A DNA stretch of 853 nucleotides. Source: a phage. Where the stretch lies: sequence record AB218930.1. One strand, 5' to 3'. Position 1 is the first letter of the stretch, and each line of letters begins with the position of its first letter. A program made the translations under genes and the position numbers. The notes below the pieces were generated by a model. It was given only the letters and a program-made list of their open reading frames with translations, was not told where the DNA came from and made no database searches. Shown in pieces: positions 1 through 853 of this stretch.

Positions 1-27
1 TTCGAGCTCGGTACCCGGGGGCGCGCC
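1..27. other. Vector polylinker (5' side): SacI GAGCTC 4-9, KpnI GGTACC 10-15, SmaI CCCGGG 14-19, AscI GGCGCGCC 20-27
   Basis: Contiguous, overlapping restriction sites in the order of the pUC19 multiple cloning site, followed by an added AscI site. This arrangement matches my recollection of the pNEB193-type polylinker. Seen directly in sequence. Confidence 0.85.
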
Positions 28-28
28 G

Positions 29-79
29 CTTCACTTAGCGAATGCATTAGCCTTAATCAACCAACGCCTGAAAAGGTAA
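29..79 (+). CDS. Probable 3'-terminal fragment of the maturation (A) protein gene, 5'-truncated at the cloning junction; reads ...LHLANALALINQRLKR*
   Basis: Open frame from the insert boundary ending at TAA 77-79, 16 nt upstream of the coat AUG. In ssRNA phages the maturation gene ends just upstream of the coat gene. The fragment is too short for me to confirm homology from sequence alone. Confidence 0.4.
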   Translation, partial: LHLANALALINQRLKR

Positions 80-83
80 TTAC

Positions 84-87
84 GGAG
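84..87 (+). promoter_or_regulatory. Shine-Dalgarno element (GGAG) for the coat gene
   Basis: GGAG lies 8 nt upstream of the ATG at 96. A possible small hairpin (85-105: GAGUU...AACUU) would place the AUG in or near its loop, as at the MS2 coat initiation site. The hairpin is a by-eye pairing, not a computed fold. Confidence 0.5.
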
Positions 88-95
88 TTAGCTAT

Positions 96-488
96 ATGGC
101 AACTTTACGCAGTTTCGTACTCGTCGATAATGGCGGTACGGGGAATGTTACTGTCGTTCCTGTTAGCAATGCCAACGGCGTCGCTGAGTGGCTTTCTAAT
201 AACTCGCGCAGTCAAGCTTATCGCGTGACTGCCAGTTATCGTGCGTCAGGCGCGGACAAGCGCAAATACACCATCAAACTTGAAGTACCGAAAATCGTTA
301 CTCAAGTTGTAAACGGTGTTGAGCTGCCTGTTTCCGCATGGAAGGCTTACGCCTCTATTGACCTGACCATCCCGATCTTTGCTGCAACCGACGATGTGAC
401 TGTTATTTCCAAGTCACTCGCCGGCCTGTTCAAAGTTGGGAACCCTATCGCTGATGCTATCTCTTCTCAGAGTGGCTTCTACGCGTAA
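96..488 (+). CDS. cp: ssRNA phage (Levivirus, GA-like / genogroup II) capsid coat protein, complete, 130 codons
   Basis: The translation MATLRSFVLVDNGGTGNVTVVPVSNANGVAEWLSNNSRSQAYRVTASYRASGADKRKYTIKLEVPKIVTQVVNGVELPVSAWKAYASIDLTIPIFAATDDVTVISKSLAGLFKVGNPIADAISSQSGFYA aligns along its full length with the MS2 coat protein as I recall it (FVLVDNGGTG, ANGVAEW, NSRSQAY, RKYTIK.EVPK, GVELPV.AW, LTIPIF, GNPI). It is closest to my recollection of the phage GA coat. The length is typical (~129 aa) and a GGAG RBS is present. Confidence 0.95.
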   Translation: MATLRSFVLVDNGGTGNVTVVPVSNANGVAEWLSNNSRSQAYRVTASYRASGADKRKYTIKLEVPKIVTQVVNGVELPVSAWKAYASIDLTIPIFAATDDVTVISKSLAGLFKVGNPIADAISSQSGFYA

Positions 489-679
489 TGGGTCTGAAAG
501 CAAAACATAAGGAAAACCTATGTTCCGATTCACAGAGATCGAAAAGGCTCTATGTATGGATCGCACTCGCGATTGTGCTGTCCGATTTCACGTCTATCTT
601 CAGTCACTGGATTTGGGGTCTTCTGATCCTCATTCTCCGGACTTTGATGGACTTGCCTACCTTCGTGATGAATGTTTAA
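488..679 (+). CDS. L: ssRNA phage lysis protein (L), 63 aa, single transmembrane helix
   Basis: The ATG at 488-490 shares its A with the coat stop codon TAA 486-488 (UAAUG). The product has a basic N-terminal region (KAKHKENLCSDSQRSKR) followed by a hydrophobic segment (LYVWIALAIVLSDFTSIFSHWIWGLLILIL), resembling the MS2 L protein segment LYVLIFLAIFLSKFTNQLL. Position, size and +1-frame overlap with the replicase start fit levivirus genome organisation. Confidence 0.85.
   Translation: MGLKAKHKENLCSDSQRSKRLYVWIALAIVLSDFTSIFSHWIWGLLILILRTLMDLPTFVMNV
504..524 (+). promoter_or_regulatory. Translational operator hairpin (coat-protein binding site) enclosing the replicase start codon
   Basis: AACAUAAGGAAAACCUAUGUU folds by eye into a stem 504-512 / 517-524 with one bulged A (509 or 510), a 4-nt loop AAAA (513-516), and the replicase AUG (520-522) in the 3' arm. 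This has the same architecture as the MS2 operator ACAUGAGGAUUACCCAUGU. The AGGA at 510-513 doubles as the replicase Shine-Dalgarno element. Confidence 0.75.
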
Positions 680-810
680 CCAAACATCCCTCACTTGGAG
701 ACAGTAATTCGGATGCACGCCGTAAGGAATTGGCATGTGCCAAACTTATGGATAGTGATCAAAGATGCAAAATCCAAAACAGTAACGGATACGACTACTC
801 TCATATCGAG
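520..810 (+). CDS. rep: RNA-dependent RNA polymerase (replicase beta subunit), N-terminal 97 codons only; 3'-truncated at the PacI cloning junction
   Basis: The translation MFRFTEIEKALCMDRTRDCAVRFHVYLQSLDLGSSDPHSPDFDGLAYLRDECLTKHPSLGDSNSDARRKELACAKLMDSDQRCKIQNSNGYDYSHIE matches the N-terminal region of the MS2 replicase as I recall it (GSGDPHSDDF..AYLRDELLTKHPTLG). The AUG sits in the operator hairpin, and the frame stays open to the end of the window with no stop. Confidence 0.9.
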
Positions 811-853
811 TTAATTAAGTCTAGAGTCGACTGTTTAAACCTGCAGGCATGCA
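811..853. other. Vector polylinker (3' side): PacI TTAATTAA 811-818, XbaI 820-825, SalI 826-831, PmeI GTTTAAAC 833-840, SbfI/PstI 840-847, SphI 847-852
   Basis: Order and spacing are those of the pUC19 multiple cloning site with added PacI and PmeI sites, as in pNEB193-type vectors. Seen directly in sequence. Confidence 0.85.

Noticed and set aside
214-219. Internal HindIII site (AAGCTT) in the coat gene and MluI site (ACGCGT, 481-486) at the coat stop, considered as engineered sites
   Set aside because: Both fall within coding sequence that reads as natural phage codons (the MluI site spans ...Y-A-stop). Without a reference alignment there is no evidence they were introduced, so they most likely occur naturally.
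28-228. Open stretch in a third + frame running across the coat start region (internal ATG at 130)
   Set aside because: It has no plausible start with an RBS and overlaps the well-supported coat gene in a different frame. It was not called in the provided ORF track. Likely a chance open frame.
469-475. GAGTGG as a Shine-Dalgarno element for the lysis gene
   Set aside because: It is a weak match and lies ~13 nt upstream of the AUG, which is poor spacing. The UAAUG overlap makes termination-reinitiation the more plausible initiation mechanism.
530-736. 68-aa ORF on the minus strand (MPIPYGVHPNYCLQ...)
   Set aside because: It is antisense to the overlapping lysis and replicase genes of a plus-strand RNA phage, whose minus strand is not known to code. 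It has no recognisable motifs or RBS and its length is within chance expectation for an antisense frame. Treated as spurious.
1-853. Possibility that the window encodes a novel defence or otherwise undescribed system, as the task suggests
   Set aside because: Every part of the insert is accounted for by well-characterised levivirus genes and regulatory elements, and the flanks are cloning-vector polylinker. There are no repeats, CRISPR-like arrays, unexplained ORFs or unusual composition.

Overview
This window is not native chromosomal DNA. It is a cloned insert (about 28..810) flanked by a pUC-type polylinker carrying extra 8-bp rare-cutter sites: SacI/KpnI/SmaI/AscI at the 5' end and PacI/XbaI/SalI/PmeI/SbfI-PstI/SphI at the 3' end, matching my recollection of the pNEB193 polylinker. 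The insert is a cDNA copy of the central part of a small ssRNA coliphage genome (Leviviridae/Fiersviridae), most like genogroup II (phage GA-like). It holds a probable 3' end of the maturation (A) protein gene, the complete coat protein gene, a complete 63-aa lysis gene whose AUG shares a base with the coat stop codon (UAAUG), and the first 97 codons of the replicase gene, cut off at the PacI junction. The replicase start codon sits inside the classic coat-protein-binding operator hairpin. I see no support for a novel or undescribed system here; the interesting points are the synthetic context and the compact regulatory architecture of a well-studied phage family. All identifications are from reading the sequence and recalled protein families; no database search was run.
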